Position numbers and translations under genes: made by a program. Positions 10,168 through 22,864 of a stretch of 32,000 nucleotides of DNA are shown piece by piece. Source of the DNA: Zygophlyctis sp. KS116 (lineage: Eukaryota; Fungi; Chytridiomycota); assembly GCA_054661495.1 (NCBI GenBank), contig BAAFSQ010000072.1, positions 10,643 to 42,642 on the forward strand. Reading direction: 5' to 3'. Numbering within the stretch: the stretch's first letter is position 1; each line of letters starts with the position of its first letter. The notes under the pieces were generated by a model, which worked only from the letters and a program-made list of their open reading frames with translations, ran no database searches and was not told the DNA's origin.

Positions 10168-13100
10168 TTATATTTTAGATGCTATTTGTAAGATTGTTCT
10201 AAAAGGGATATTGTGGATATCTTTTCTAATCTTTTTGGCTCTTTCCACAATATTAGATTCCAAATTATTCAAAAAAGTAGCACGTATATCAATAAAGGAT
10301 AATGGCCAATCATAATAATACATAAAAATCTTGGCTTGAGCAAGGATACAGCTATCGGTCGTCTCATCAAACTGATCATTCATAATGAGGTGTTTTAAGC
10401 ATTTCCCAAATCTAGAATCCTCTTCAAGTTCTTCAAAATATTCATAGATTTTAATATCTACATGTTCCAAAAAGTCTGGCTGAATTAGGCAAGGCTTGAA
10501 CTTGAAATTTTCCTGCCAGATTGAATCACCAAGATACAAGGCTCCAATAATCTTTAGATTCCATAAATCTTGATTATTTAACGATCCAATATCTTGAATT
10601 ATATGATGAATCCATAAATATACTCTCATGATTCTTGGTCGGTCATTTGCAAGGGAATCATAGAGTGTGTTCATACAAAATGTACCAAATTGATCAGAAT
10701 CTTTATCAGAAATCAAAGATGGATACGCAAAATGTTTTGCAAATGCTACAAATTGAGAGTTGGCAGAAAGACATCTAATAAAGGAATCTCTGACTCTAAC
10801 TGACCGTTCGTCATGACTTTTCCGGGGAAACGACATTGCAAAAATTCCTTTAATACCTTCAGGATCATCAATATAAGAAAGATGTCCAGCACGCTTCTTG
10901 ATTGGTATTATTTTACTATTGATCACCAAATTTTGATGAATAGTGTTTTCCATTTCCAATGAGAAAGGCCAATATCGAGGGCTGTTGAAATCAATATGGG
11001 AAATGTAACTACGATCTGGAAGTATACAAGGTGTTATTAAATCGAGTTTCGTGATTCCATGAGGATTAACATCGTCCTGGACAGTTACCGTTATTGGAAT
11101 TGGGCAAATCTCACCCGACTCTACATCTTGGGTAATAAGACATCGCTTGTCAATCGCCATAACCCAAAGGTGCCTGAACGCCTGAATATGGAATCTATTA
11201 TCATCTGAACTTGAGGGAAACTTTGGGTAAAATGCACAAATCATCGCTGCAATTGCACGATTTGAAGTCCCAATTGTAAATTCACCACCTCCTATGAATA
11301 ATAATCCCATAGACATATTAGTCACCAGATGATTTCCATAAGTACTAGTAGCATTAACGCTGTTGTACCGTGCTTCTAAAATAGAAAAAATTGTCAAATT
11401 GCCAGTACCGGCCATTACAATTGACATAGCAAGTACAAGACAGTCCATAAATGCCTTATGCTGAGCATTCATAAGTCGGCAAGCATATGTGACTCCTATT
11501 TTCAATGTTAAATAAATATACCGGTTACTTTAAGTTCATCAAAGATGTTATAATAGTAATGAATAGTTTCAAAGGCAGATTTATTGCAAGATCCAGCGAA
11601 GCGTAATGCTATTGAATAACAACATCCAGCGACAATAGCTTCGTATGCTTGCATACTAGCGATCATATCCTCTTTGAAGCTTCGCTCATCTTCCAAAAAT
11701 CGTAAGAAAGGAGGTAGAGCCATTGTCACCCATTGTTTTGAAGGACGAATGTCGTCCCACATTATCAAATTTCGTGATAATATTCGCAAGACTATTAAAT
11801 CTGGAGGTATTCGATCCAATTGATGAACTGTCTGTGGTACAAAAAGCTTTTCAGCCACAGCTTTTTGATGCGTTCTGAGATAAATCAATCCCAGGGCGAC
11901 CGTACAGCCATGCAGGGCAGTTGAAAAATCATTATTATGAACAACTTTAAGAAGTTTGGTGGTTATTTGCATATCAGAAAGTCCGGCCCCGCTTGACACC
12001 TTCCCAAGAATGATGAGACCCTAATTTTTAAGTATATTGGTTAATTACCAAAGTGATCCCGCAACTTAGAGTGTACATTTCATCTTTTCCAGCGATTAAC
12101 AGTTCTTTTAGAGAGCATTCTGCTAGAGTTCGGTTCATTGAGCCTTCAAAAACCCACCCAAGACTTAAAAGACTAACCGATTGAGTCATGATCGATATAT
12201 TTAAAGGTGCAGCATTTGGGGGAAGCAAACCTTGAATATGAATACTTAAAAGTTTCATTATTGAGGGGTCTTTAGATCCAATATAAGAGGTGGCCAATCC
12301 TAAAGTTAAGCCCACCGAAATGATGCTGTCTTTGCATATCAAATAGCTGTAAACATCCATGGCGTTTAGAGTTTTCAAATATCCATTCAAGCCAAGACCT
12401 AGAAGGAAACCAGCATGTTTACTACTCGATGAAATCACCGAATCATCAGTTGGTAATATTTGATTAAAACCTATCCAAGACGAATCAATAACAGGATTAT
12501 TTTCTCTTATACTCAGACCAGAAGCTACACCATTATGAAATTCCGGCCATTCCTTGAAGTTTGAATCAGAATTCGAAATGTCGAATTCCACTAAAGAATT
12601 CAATGGAGGTAGCTTGGCAGACAAAGAAATTGATGGTATAACAATTTTTTCCGTAGATTCGGCATTTTTAGTCTGAAACATGACCAATCCACGACCAAAA
12701 GACAAACTCAAAGTCCGATTTGAAAGAAATTTCAAATTCTGTTGCTGCAAAGACGTTATTTCATTATCACTTTCGATTAAAACAATAATAAACTACCTCA
12801 AGCCGGGTACAACCTCGAATTCATAGACTAGAGGCTTCGCGGCCGTTAAATATCCTAGAAGCCTTTGAAGGCGATCGTCGATGTTAAATCTAAGATTTGA
12901 AACAATGTGGTCCCTCAAATCGAGATCATCAACAGCTTTCGATACATTTTTACGACCCCTTTGCAAACTCGATTCATAAAGTGATCCGATATGAGATACC
13001 TGTAGTCAATTTAATGCAAAGAACATACCTCATCTTGCTCAATTGTATTATTTAGTCCTCTTATTTGATGACCAGTAAATAACTTTGCCAGATCCTCCCT

Positions 13101-14947
13101 TTCAATCAAAATATAGGCTTCGACTGGCCAATCCCCCGGTGGATCGACTTTACATGCATATAAAGATTCTTGAAGGAATAATGATACACCAGAAGGAAGC
13201 GCATCAAGATCGTTTAATGTAAAACTTCTTTTAGCCATCTCCAAAACAACCTTTTGAGGGCCGCTATGAAAAAAGGCCTTGAAAAAAGAAACGAGATTGT
13301 CAAGTTCGCGTATGCAAGTCTTGGAAATATTGAAATCATCAACCTTTAAAAGTTTTCCATCTTTCAATACAGAATATACCCATTTGAAAACACTAAAGGG
13401 CTGTATATTTAGTTGATTCTCCGTTCTAATTAAATCCACTAAGATTAATTATAATTTCTAGTAGTACCGTGAACCCCATCAAAACGATAGTATTCTAAAA
13501 ACTTATGTGCTCCAATAACCGATGCAATCCCATAAAGAAACTCTCCCATTTCAATTAAGTACTTATGCAACAGAATATTCAATTTTAAACTTTCGTATAC
13601 CAATTGGAACGAAACCAACAATATTTTCAAATCATCGACTTGCAAAATCAACCGACTCTGTAATTCCTTTTGTAAAGACTGAGAACTATTAAATAAATTT
13701 TGAAACCTCCCAAACTTTCTAGAAATTTTCAGAGCTGAAATCACAGATGCTGGAATCTTTCCTTGTATATCTGCAATTTTCTTTGAACCTTTCCCAATAT
13801 TCTGCAAATGGTTTTTTAAATCCACAAATGAAAAGAATGAAATCACAAAATTCCCAAATTCATCCTCCTCCTTTAAACTCTTGTATTGACTAGAAAAATG
13901 AAAGTTTTGAAATCTTTTAATAATTGCAGATTCTTTTGAAATTTCTAATTGACCTTGAATCCCATCCAACAACCTTTTTAAAAGAGTAGATTTACAAGAA
14001 AAATCTAATTTTGCTTTATAAGCAATGCCATCTGAAAATACAATCTTTACAGAATCTTGATAATCTTTCAGCTCTTGTAATTCCACAATTTTTGCCTTTT
14101 TCTCTAAACAAGATTCCTCTAAACTCCTCTTTCTAGGCAAACTAAAATAAAAATCTCTAGGAAGGAAAACTGAATTTATCCCATAATATTGACTCCACAG
14201 CATCAAATCCCCTCCATTTTTCAGTATTAATACATCATAATCTTGACTTGTAGTAGCCTTTATTAGAGCCGCATCTAGACAAGATTCAGAAATAAATAAT
14301 TCTTTAGAGTGAACCTTGTATCCCTTTAACTCTTGATTAGAAAGAACCCAAAAAATTGTCTGTTCCTTGAAAGAGCTCACAAAAACCTTTTTTACATTTT
14401 CCAACGTATTAATCTCTAATGACATTAATAATTCCATTCCCATTTTTGATCGTGTATCTCCTAGTGCATTTGAAATAGATTCCTTTAGTCCATACACTGG
14501 AGAAGATCTATGAATAGAGTAATTTCGATCCAAAACTCTTCCTGGTCCGATTAATTCCTTGTATTCCCATAGATGTAAAAAAGATTCATCTCTAGTAGAT
14601 ATAAATATTTTCCCAATATCTTGTACATTAAGAATAGAATCATTAAATTTCATAAATTCCTTGTTTGCCAACGATAGAGGAACCCATTTGATCTCTTGCA
14701 ACGCATGGTTCCATGAGAAAAGAAACGGAATTTGAGACGTACAGTCTTCATTTGCCTCTGGTTTCCTCCACAGTAGCAGAGTTGACGAAATAGTCCAGGC
14801 CTTTTCTAGTAGAAATGGAACATTTGCTTCAATTGTACTTCCGTCATTGTAATAAAATGTACAAGAATCAGTGTCAAAAACAACTCTAAATTCTGAATTT
14901 GTTCCACTGTCGTGCTCTTGCAGTGCGGCGAGTTGAGTGATTTCCAT
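10168..14947 (-). CDS. APC1: Anaphase-promoting complex subunit 1
   Basis: WPEFHNGVASGL, HAGFLLGLGLNG, LRFAGS, VMAGTGN, YGNHL, DNRFHIQAFRHLW motifs. Five introns of 26-29 nt; intronless first exon of about 1.5 kb. Confidence 0.95.
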
Positions 14948-15034
14948 TGCGTAAACTGGAAATTGAAATCGTTCTAAAAGCTTATAAGAATGCTGTAATA
15001 CACTCTTTTATAAAATTACGTCTCAAGATTGTAT

Positions 15035-18000
15035 TTAATCATACTTGATCTTAACAAGTAAAACTTCCTCTGAACGATCATGCTCGTCATTCAAAAATAT
15101 ATACACTTCTGTTCCAATACTCCAACAAGGGAGAAATACTAGTCCAATGTATTTTGAGGCTCCAGGCTCTAAATCTAAAAATGGTTCTTTGAATGTAACC
15201 AAGTCTTCTGAGTCAGTTTTAAGATATAAAATCTTTCTAGTTGCATAGGGATTTGTATAAGATACTCTCTATGCATTTAGTAAATTTCATTAATTATACC
15301 TTTGAATTTGTTTTTCCTTTTTTACATTTAATATCAAAAGACTTTGTGATTTTTGGTGCATGAGAACGGGATATAATCATCCAACTACTTAATAGACTTT
15401 TGGTTTGAACATCTACAATATTTAAAATAGACTGCTGGACGATTGCTGATTTGGGACGGAGTAAAAGTCCAATTTCATTCAAGGAATTTCCATTTAGTAT
15501 AAAAGGTCCAAGAGATGATATTGCCAATTCTAAAGGCTGATTGGAATAACATTGAACAGGTCGAGAAATAGGACCGCCTTTAACAATTAGAGTAGCTTCG
15601 TTGGTTTGTCCCATAATGCAAGAAACATCAAGCCTAGGGGTATTTACAAATCCAAAATGTACCTTTGAAGAGAGTGAATAAAAACTCGCCAGATTTGTGC
15701 CAAAACTGTACAGTTTGGATCATAATATAAAAGGAAATAGATAGCCTCTGTGTTTGGAGATGACATTGTCTTGTATTTGAACTTCAAATCTAGACTGTTG
15801 CTATTTTTCTATCATATTAAGGTTATAAAGGCATACAGTCGACTCTGAGAGAGAACAAATCACATCTGGATGACTACATCGAAGATATCTTTTAGAAGGT
15901 TTTGATGAATCATGAATAATTCCATTTTGGTTCGAATGAGTTATAGGAATTTTAATATTCTTTCGAATGTAATCGTTTTCAGAACAGAAAAAGCGAGTAG
16001 TTTTGTCAACAAAGTAGTATCTGGGGCTAATATTCAATTCTAAAACAGCCATAAGCTTATTGTTCACATTTACAAAAGAAACCTAAATTTAAGTAAAGCT
16101 TGATTTAAACCTCTATTTTCCTAGCAGAAATGCCATCTTCGTATACTTCCCCCAATTTGCGTCGAGCAGAAAGAATATTGTCCTGACTTCCAATCAATCC
16201 GCTACAAAAGCTTTGAAAAACAAAGGGAATACTCAGCGTTTCATTCGGAAGAAGGTAGACCTGAGGGATTCCATCTGCACGCTCCCCGATTAATCTGCTT
16301 TCCGTGCCTCCTTGTAACCCATGAATCCTTCTTAAGAAATTCCATTCTGACCAATCTTTTACAAGTCTACAATCAGAATAGAAAAAATACCTTAGTTCTT
16401 GATCTTTGAATAAAATCTCAAAATTATGCTCAACATTATATGGGTTCGTAAATCTGTACTCAAAATAAACGACTTGTCCAAATGATGCTATAATAACCTG
16501 CTTGGTAGTAATTTGCTGCTTCAGGAAATTTTCGACGACGCTTTTTTTCTTCCTCTCCCTGAAAATGTCCATGGTATGCAAATCTCGACTACGCTCATCA
16601 CGAGTAAGGTTGTAAAGTGAGCTTTTGCTATTTTCCTAATATCAGCATAAATTGAACTCACAGAAGAATGTGAAACTTGATTATTTTCTATACCAATAAT
16701 TCTTCTAGTCATCCCAAGCTTCTTCAATTTATCAGAGTGAAGGGTATTTTCCTGCGCTGCATGGCCCTTTTTTATCGCTCTCTCCTGATGGCTTTCGTCT
16801 AGTATATTCTTGAGTTCCATATCAATTTCCGGGACCTATAAATTAAGCATAACATATCTAATACTCTATGAGGATGCATTAATAAATTTTCATGATGCAA
16901 TATACTATAATGATAATCCGGAAGAACAACAGAATAGCTGGAACACAATTTTTGTGCATCTCTGGAATACGTCAAAGAAGAAGACAGTCGATCTTGACTT
17001 TTACCAATATTGGTCAATCTAACGTGAAGTTTTCCAAGATTCAAAGCTGTCGGGTTTCCCGACATCGCTCCAAGTGCAGGGCCACTAGCTATGCTCAACT
17101 GTGAAGATATTGACGAAGATTGCGTCATGGTGGGATTATGATCATCTGTAATCTAAAGTTAATCAGTCTAAATTACGCCATTCCATATAATGTCAATGTC
17201 CTCATCAATTGTTACACCTGCCCGCCCCTGCCGAAGAATGGCCCTTAGTGGTATAGCACAGGAGCCAATATGAAGTAAAGAGTCTCCATCCCACACATCT
17301 ACAAAAACTTCATTTTCAGACATATAATTAGCAATGGCCTCTGGCCCATAACGCATATTTCCTGTGGAAGAGGGGGCCTCATTTCTGGAATCAATTAAAT
17401 GGCTTAATTCGCATCCTGGAGCCTTGCCGTCTAAATAAAATGAGCAAATCAAAGATTACAATTCGGAGTTCCGTCTTCCTCATATGTGTATAAAATTCCA
17501 GGCCATATATGTTCATCCTTTAAGTTTTCTTCTGGCAAATAATTTCGCATAGATCTTTGAGAAACATGAGACCACGTTCTCGCATGCTGTTTACCTTTTG
17601 GCGGAACGGATGAACTGCGATGATGAGCTTCTTCCTTAGCTCTAGCAGAAGCAGGCAAACCTCCAGTATAGAGGTGAAGTCGTTCTGTTGTCGAATGAGG
17701 GAAATTAAAGAATTGCTGAGTAAAAAAAACGCTTGAAGGAGAAAGTCCTTTTGATAAATTAAAATCTTATCTTACCACCAAAATGTTCAAATAAATCGGA
17801 ATTAAAAGTAATTCCCATGTAAAGCATGTGAATATCATTAAATCGAAGGTCCTTTTTTTCTAAATCAAAGTCAATTCGGATACTATGAATATTTCTAAAT
17901 GTCGATCCAACTTGTATTGGGCGATGACCATCTTCGTCAAGAAGAACATCAAATCCTGCATTGAGAAGTCTGGCCTTTTCAACCCGTGATAAGGAGCTAC

Positions 18001-19851
18001 TAGATGTTTTTTTAGGAGCAGGAAAATGTGCAAATTCACCTGTATTCAGATTATTTTCATATATTTCTTGCTCCTCTGGCTCGTCATCTATTGAATCATG
18101 TTTCTGTTTTGGCAACGGTGGCGGGTTGAGTTCAGCGAAATCGGTCAGTGATAATTGCAGAGGAGATGTTGCGTCATCAACCATTTCTTTATGCTCAGCA
18201 ATTGATGAGAACATTATTGGAGAGCCTAAGATTAATATGAAAATATAAATTACCTCTTATACTCGATGCTGGAGGATATGTTTCATCATGAAAGTTAAAG
18301 AGCGTGGTTAAATATTGATCTTCCTTTGAATCTAAACTTTTTTCAGCACTGTCAGAAGACTGTTTATTACTTTTAGGAGCATAAATCAGCGATCCAAATG
18401 GATTATGAGTTGAAGTGGTTTCTACTGGGACTTCTAAATAGCGATCAATAAAGGAATCACAAATTCCCCATGAGCTCCATCCACAGCATACCAGTTTTTC
18501 AACAAACTGCTTCTCTGCTGGTTCTTTTGGGGCTTTTGTGAATGTTTCAACCAAGGCACTTAGACCTGTCTTTTTTTCTACTGCCCCTTTAATAGTCAAC
18601 TGAATTTTGTATTCAATCATAAAAACAAGCGCCATTCCCCACTCTTGTTTCACATACGAAGGGAGTTCTAACTGTCCATGATAAACCAAATCTGTTCCAA
18701 ATCCCTTCTCATCAACACTTGGGACTAAATTTGCCAGAGTCAGCTCATCAATAAAAGTTTTAGAATTATGAAAACCAACATGAATTCTTCGTTCCTGGAC
18801 AGTAGGAAGAACCAAATTCCCCTTCTCATCAGTCAACATTGACGACGGATTAGATTCAAAATATCCCAAAGCAACTTTTTCCAAAAGACGAGTTTCATAT
18901 TCTTCAATTGAAGGGGCAATTCTAATTCGAAGCTTTTAAATTATTTCAAAAAAAATACATTTGAAAGAGTAGCAATTTGAGTGGGTTTTGGAATAATTTC
19001 TCTTGAAGTCAGAGACTCAAATCCAGGAATACGATCTCCTGGTGCTATCCAAGAATTTTCATTCCATAAATGACAAGCACCTCTGACATCAGGCCGTGCA
19101 ATAAATCTAAAGCTTAAAGCAGCACCTGTAGAAATCGACAAACCAGGAAATCCTTCTACTGCACCCATTAAAAGCGGACCAACTAGAGAAACAGCTCTTG
19201 GAGTTCCATGAAAGACTGGAATTCTAAATTTAACTTTTCAAATATACGATTTAATCCCTTCATCAACTTCTTTTTCTTCATTTGTCCAAATTTCTGTATC
19301 TAATCCACCTTTTGCAACATTAAATGGATAAAAAAACGTCCAACCTATCGAGTATTCTCTGGATTCTTTTTTATAAATACAATAAATTTACCATTAACAA
19401 GAATAAATTCAAGAATAATCAATACCTTTTTAGCCGTTACACTTGTATGTAGATAAAACGTGAAATTTTTAAAAGTAATAGATACTTTTTCTTCTCTACT
19501 TCCATCCCCAAAACCAGAAGATTTTAAATTTTCAAATTCAACATTTGCAGATTTGCCCTGTCCTTGTTTTAAATTAATTCCTACCCGTGAATATCATTAA
19601 TTACCAGAACTAGTAAAAGTATTTCCAAAAAATGCCATTAAATCCAGATCAAACATTGATATTTTTATCTTTAGAAAAGAGTCTGAATGCTTATTAGACA
19701 TTTCTATTGCAGCCTTTGACATTACATTTAGACTTAGAGAGGATAATCCCAATTGATAAGGATATTTTTTACTTTTTCCTGATGTGACTATTGCATTTTC
19801 CTGTAATAAATTCCTTTTCCAGCTTTCGAGACAAGATTCTGTTGAGAGCAT
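15035..19851 (-). CDS. NPHP4: Nephrocystin-4 (ciliary transition-zone protein)
   Basis: FFGNTF, FHGTPRA, RRIHVGFHN, VDVWDGDSLLHIGS..PLRAILRQGR, FGQVVYFEYRFTNPY, VSYTNPY. 15 introns of 24-31 nt give one frame from ATG 19851 to TAA 15035. Confidence 0.92.
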
Positions 19852-19852
19852 A

Positions 19853-19909
19853 ACGCGAAAATTTTCTGTAAAATTTTTTCTGAAAAGAAAATTTTCGTTT
19901 CGAAATTTT
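19853..19909. promoter_or_regulatory. ACGCGAAA site and repeated AAAATTTT palindromes in the NPHP4/ERH divergent promoter
   Basis: ACGCGAAA at 19853..19860; AAAATTTT at 19858, 19870 and 19888; TTTCGAAATTTT at 19898..19909. Confidence 0.4.
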
Positions 19910-19952
19910 GTCAATCAGGAATCTGGCTAGGTCTGCGTTTAAAAAAGTACAC

Positions 19953-20334
19953 ATGATGAGTAGTCAGTCTTCCCAACACATAATTCTCCTATTACAACTT
20001 ATCCCTGGAGATGAAACCTCAAAAGTCTGGTCAGAATATACTTGTGTGTCTCTGGCCTGTGAAAGTAAGTTTCTAGTACTAAGAAAAGGCTTAATATCAA
20101 TGTATGAAAAAAGATTAAAACAGATAAATCCAGGAGTTAGAAATATTCAATATAATGTCAAAGACTTTAATAATTACTTGGATCATATGGGTGATGCTTG
20201 TGCGTTAGTGTAAATATTGCGTATCTAAGTAAATTAGTTTTGATTCCAGCAGTTTCTCATACCAGCCACACGATAGAGAATGGCTAAAGTCTAGAGTATT
20301 ACAATCTTTTATGAAGATGGCGTCTGGAAAATAA
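19953..20334 (+). CDS. ERH: Enhancer of rudimentary homolog
   Basis: HIILLLQ...ACESLISMYEKRLKQINP..RNIQY...CALVFD....YQPHDREWLK. Introns at 20065..20088 (24 nt) and 20210..20237 (28 nt). Confidence 0.93.
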
Positions 20335-20510
20335 GCTTTAAAGTCCAAGGGTTTCATTGAATTTATTAGGTTTGTTTTTAAAAATTTTGCGATTTTTGAA
20401 TTTTCTTTGAGATGTAAATTAATAAATTCTGAGTTTTTCTGAGAGATTTGAGATTTTTAAAAATTGTACAAGGTTTAGAGTACTCCATTTGAGAAATTTC
20501 TCAATAATTT

Positions 20511-22859
20511 ATGGATCTGCAAAACTTGCTCAAACAGTGGAAATCAACTCCAAAAGGGAAAAATTCAAAAGATTATCATGAATTTTTAGGGAAATCAAGA
20601 GAATTTATAGAATCAATGTTTATGGATTCTTTTAATAATAATCTCATGGTTGCAGAGTATAAATTACTCGCTTCCCATTTGTGTTTCATGAAGGAAGATG
20701 AAGAGTATTTAGTGAAATTCTTGGATTTTGTTGAAATATGTTTAAAATTCAATAATCAAAACGAAACTCTCAATTTTCTAAAGGATTCTCTAGGGACAAT
20801 TGGAAATAATTTCAATTTTTCTATTAAACTGTTGGAAAAAATATCTAAAATATCTAAAATTTCTCTAGAAAGAAATGATTTTCAGGCTTTAAATGTTTTA
20901 TGGAAAACTATAATCAAATTGATAACAAGAGATATAGCAGTAGACATAAAGTACTTTCTATTTAAAAATGCATTCATGGATCAATTAGAAATTTTGTTGA
21001 AAAACAAGGATTTGGATCCAAAGAAATATTATGGGCTTATTGCTTTTTATTTAGGACACTTGAACGCTTTTGTAAAGTTTTCTGCAAGCGTTTTAGTTGA
21101 GGAAGAAATTGTAATTGGATTTCTAATTTCAACTGGGTAAATTGTGTTTAGTTTGAATTTTTAGAGAAAGTGTGTTTAATTCTCTGGAATTAAAGATGGA
21201 GAATGGAAAGTTTGAAACGCTTCTAGTTGGATTGCAGTAATCGTTTCTTTTACTAATCTAAAGATGTATTGTTTCCTGTTTTATGCAGCAACCAGCTCTG
21301 CAAGACTCACAAAAGATTTTATTAGTTAATAAGATTCTTCAGGGGGGATGCGCAAATGCAAATATTCTGAAAAGCAAATTATATTTGGCATCTTTTGTTA
21401 TGAAAACATTTGAAAGGTTGGATGTTCATGCACAAGTGGAACTCATTAAACCCAAGAATATTCAATTAAGGGGAATTCTAGATTTTATTTTGAAAGGAAT
21501 TTCTGATTTGTCTTTGGAGGAATTAAAGAAGCCCGTCTGGTCAAAAAATTCACTTTACGATCAAATCTTAGTTTCTTTTGGTATAATGGTACATGGTTTA
21601 CATGGTGCCAGCCTGCAGTTTTTGATCAATAATTTGATTCAAAATCTTATGGCTAGAACAGACAAAAATGTGGAAATTTTTATTCTGGACATGCTTCAAG
21701 TTTTGTTTGAAATTGGTATGCATTTGTTCAAAGAACTAATTACAAGATACTAGCAAATCGATCTCGTCATCCCTTTTGAACGATTTGATGTTTTTGCTTG
21801 AAAGAATTTCTACCAAATCGAATGCTTTTCGCAAGCTATGTCAAGTAATCCATCGAATGGAAATTAATACTTTTGAAGCTTCTTGGATGATTTATCCGTC
21901 TTGGGATAACATCAATGATATTCAATTGAAGTCTAGTTTGCTCTTTTGGGCAACTCCATTATGTTCTCTTTCTACAACTGAAAATGTTTTGACACACTTA
22001 AAGACCACGCAAAAGGTCTGGCGATCAGTTTGCCAAGAAATGGATAAAGCAAAAGACCCAGGAACTGTCTCCAAATTTTTTCAAGTTTTGGGTCTTATAA
22101 TTGACTGCTATACTGCCATATTTAGATCACGGCATATATCTGAGAACAATGTCCGACTGGTGATGAATTCAATTACACGAGAAATTTCGTTACTGATTAC
22201 TCCCCTACTGAATGGCGGCTATAAATCTCTCGCTAATCATACCATCATGCCAAGGGAAGATTTAAAATTCGTAAGACATTCTTAAAATAATTTTAGACCG
22301 CTGAGGCATTAGCGTCAATTTTCCGTCTCGTCCCTTTTATAATCGACAGCCTTCAATCCGCAGCCTTATCTACATTTCTTGAAATATGCATCCGCTGGAT
22401 TGGAGCCTCAAATTTGAATTCTCTTTTCCCTCGGACGGAGTCGTTAGCTATTCTAGAAGCGTTAAAATTGCACGGTAGTCAAATTAATGCAGATCAACTG
22501 GCTTCTGTAATTTTAGAATTAAATTTACTCATTAGGCCTGTGACAAGATTTTCAATTTTTGCTTTGAAGAAAACGACGAAGAAAATCAATCTGTTTGCGA
22601 ATCACTCATCTACCCAAATTTATCAAATTTTAATCGCCAAAAAAATCGGAGAAGGCCTGATATGAATCTCGATAAACCAAATTCGGTATCTATGAGGGCT
22701 TTGATTATCGATTCGCATTTATCGTTTCCTGTTGACAGCTCAATTTTACAAGTCGTTTCTATATTGGATAGTCCTCAAAATGACAAGATCACTACAAAGA
22801 GAAAATACGAACTAAAATATTTACAGACAGCTATTCTCTCAAGCCAATTCAACAGCTAA
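20511..22859 (+). CDS. Alpha-helical repeat protein, candidate FIRRM/FLIP (C1orf112) homolog
   Basis: Five short introns give one open frame. Blocks LNVLWKTIIKLI, GLIAFYLGHL and SLYDQILVSFGIMVHGLH resemble, from memory and in order, C1orf112/FLIP motifs. The gene is well supported; the family call is tentative. Confidence 0.5.
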
Positions 22860-22864
22860 ACTCT

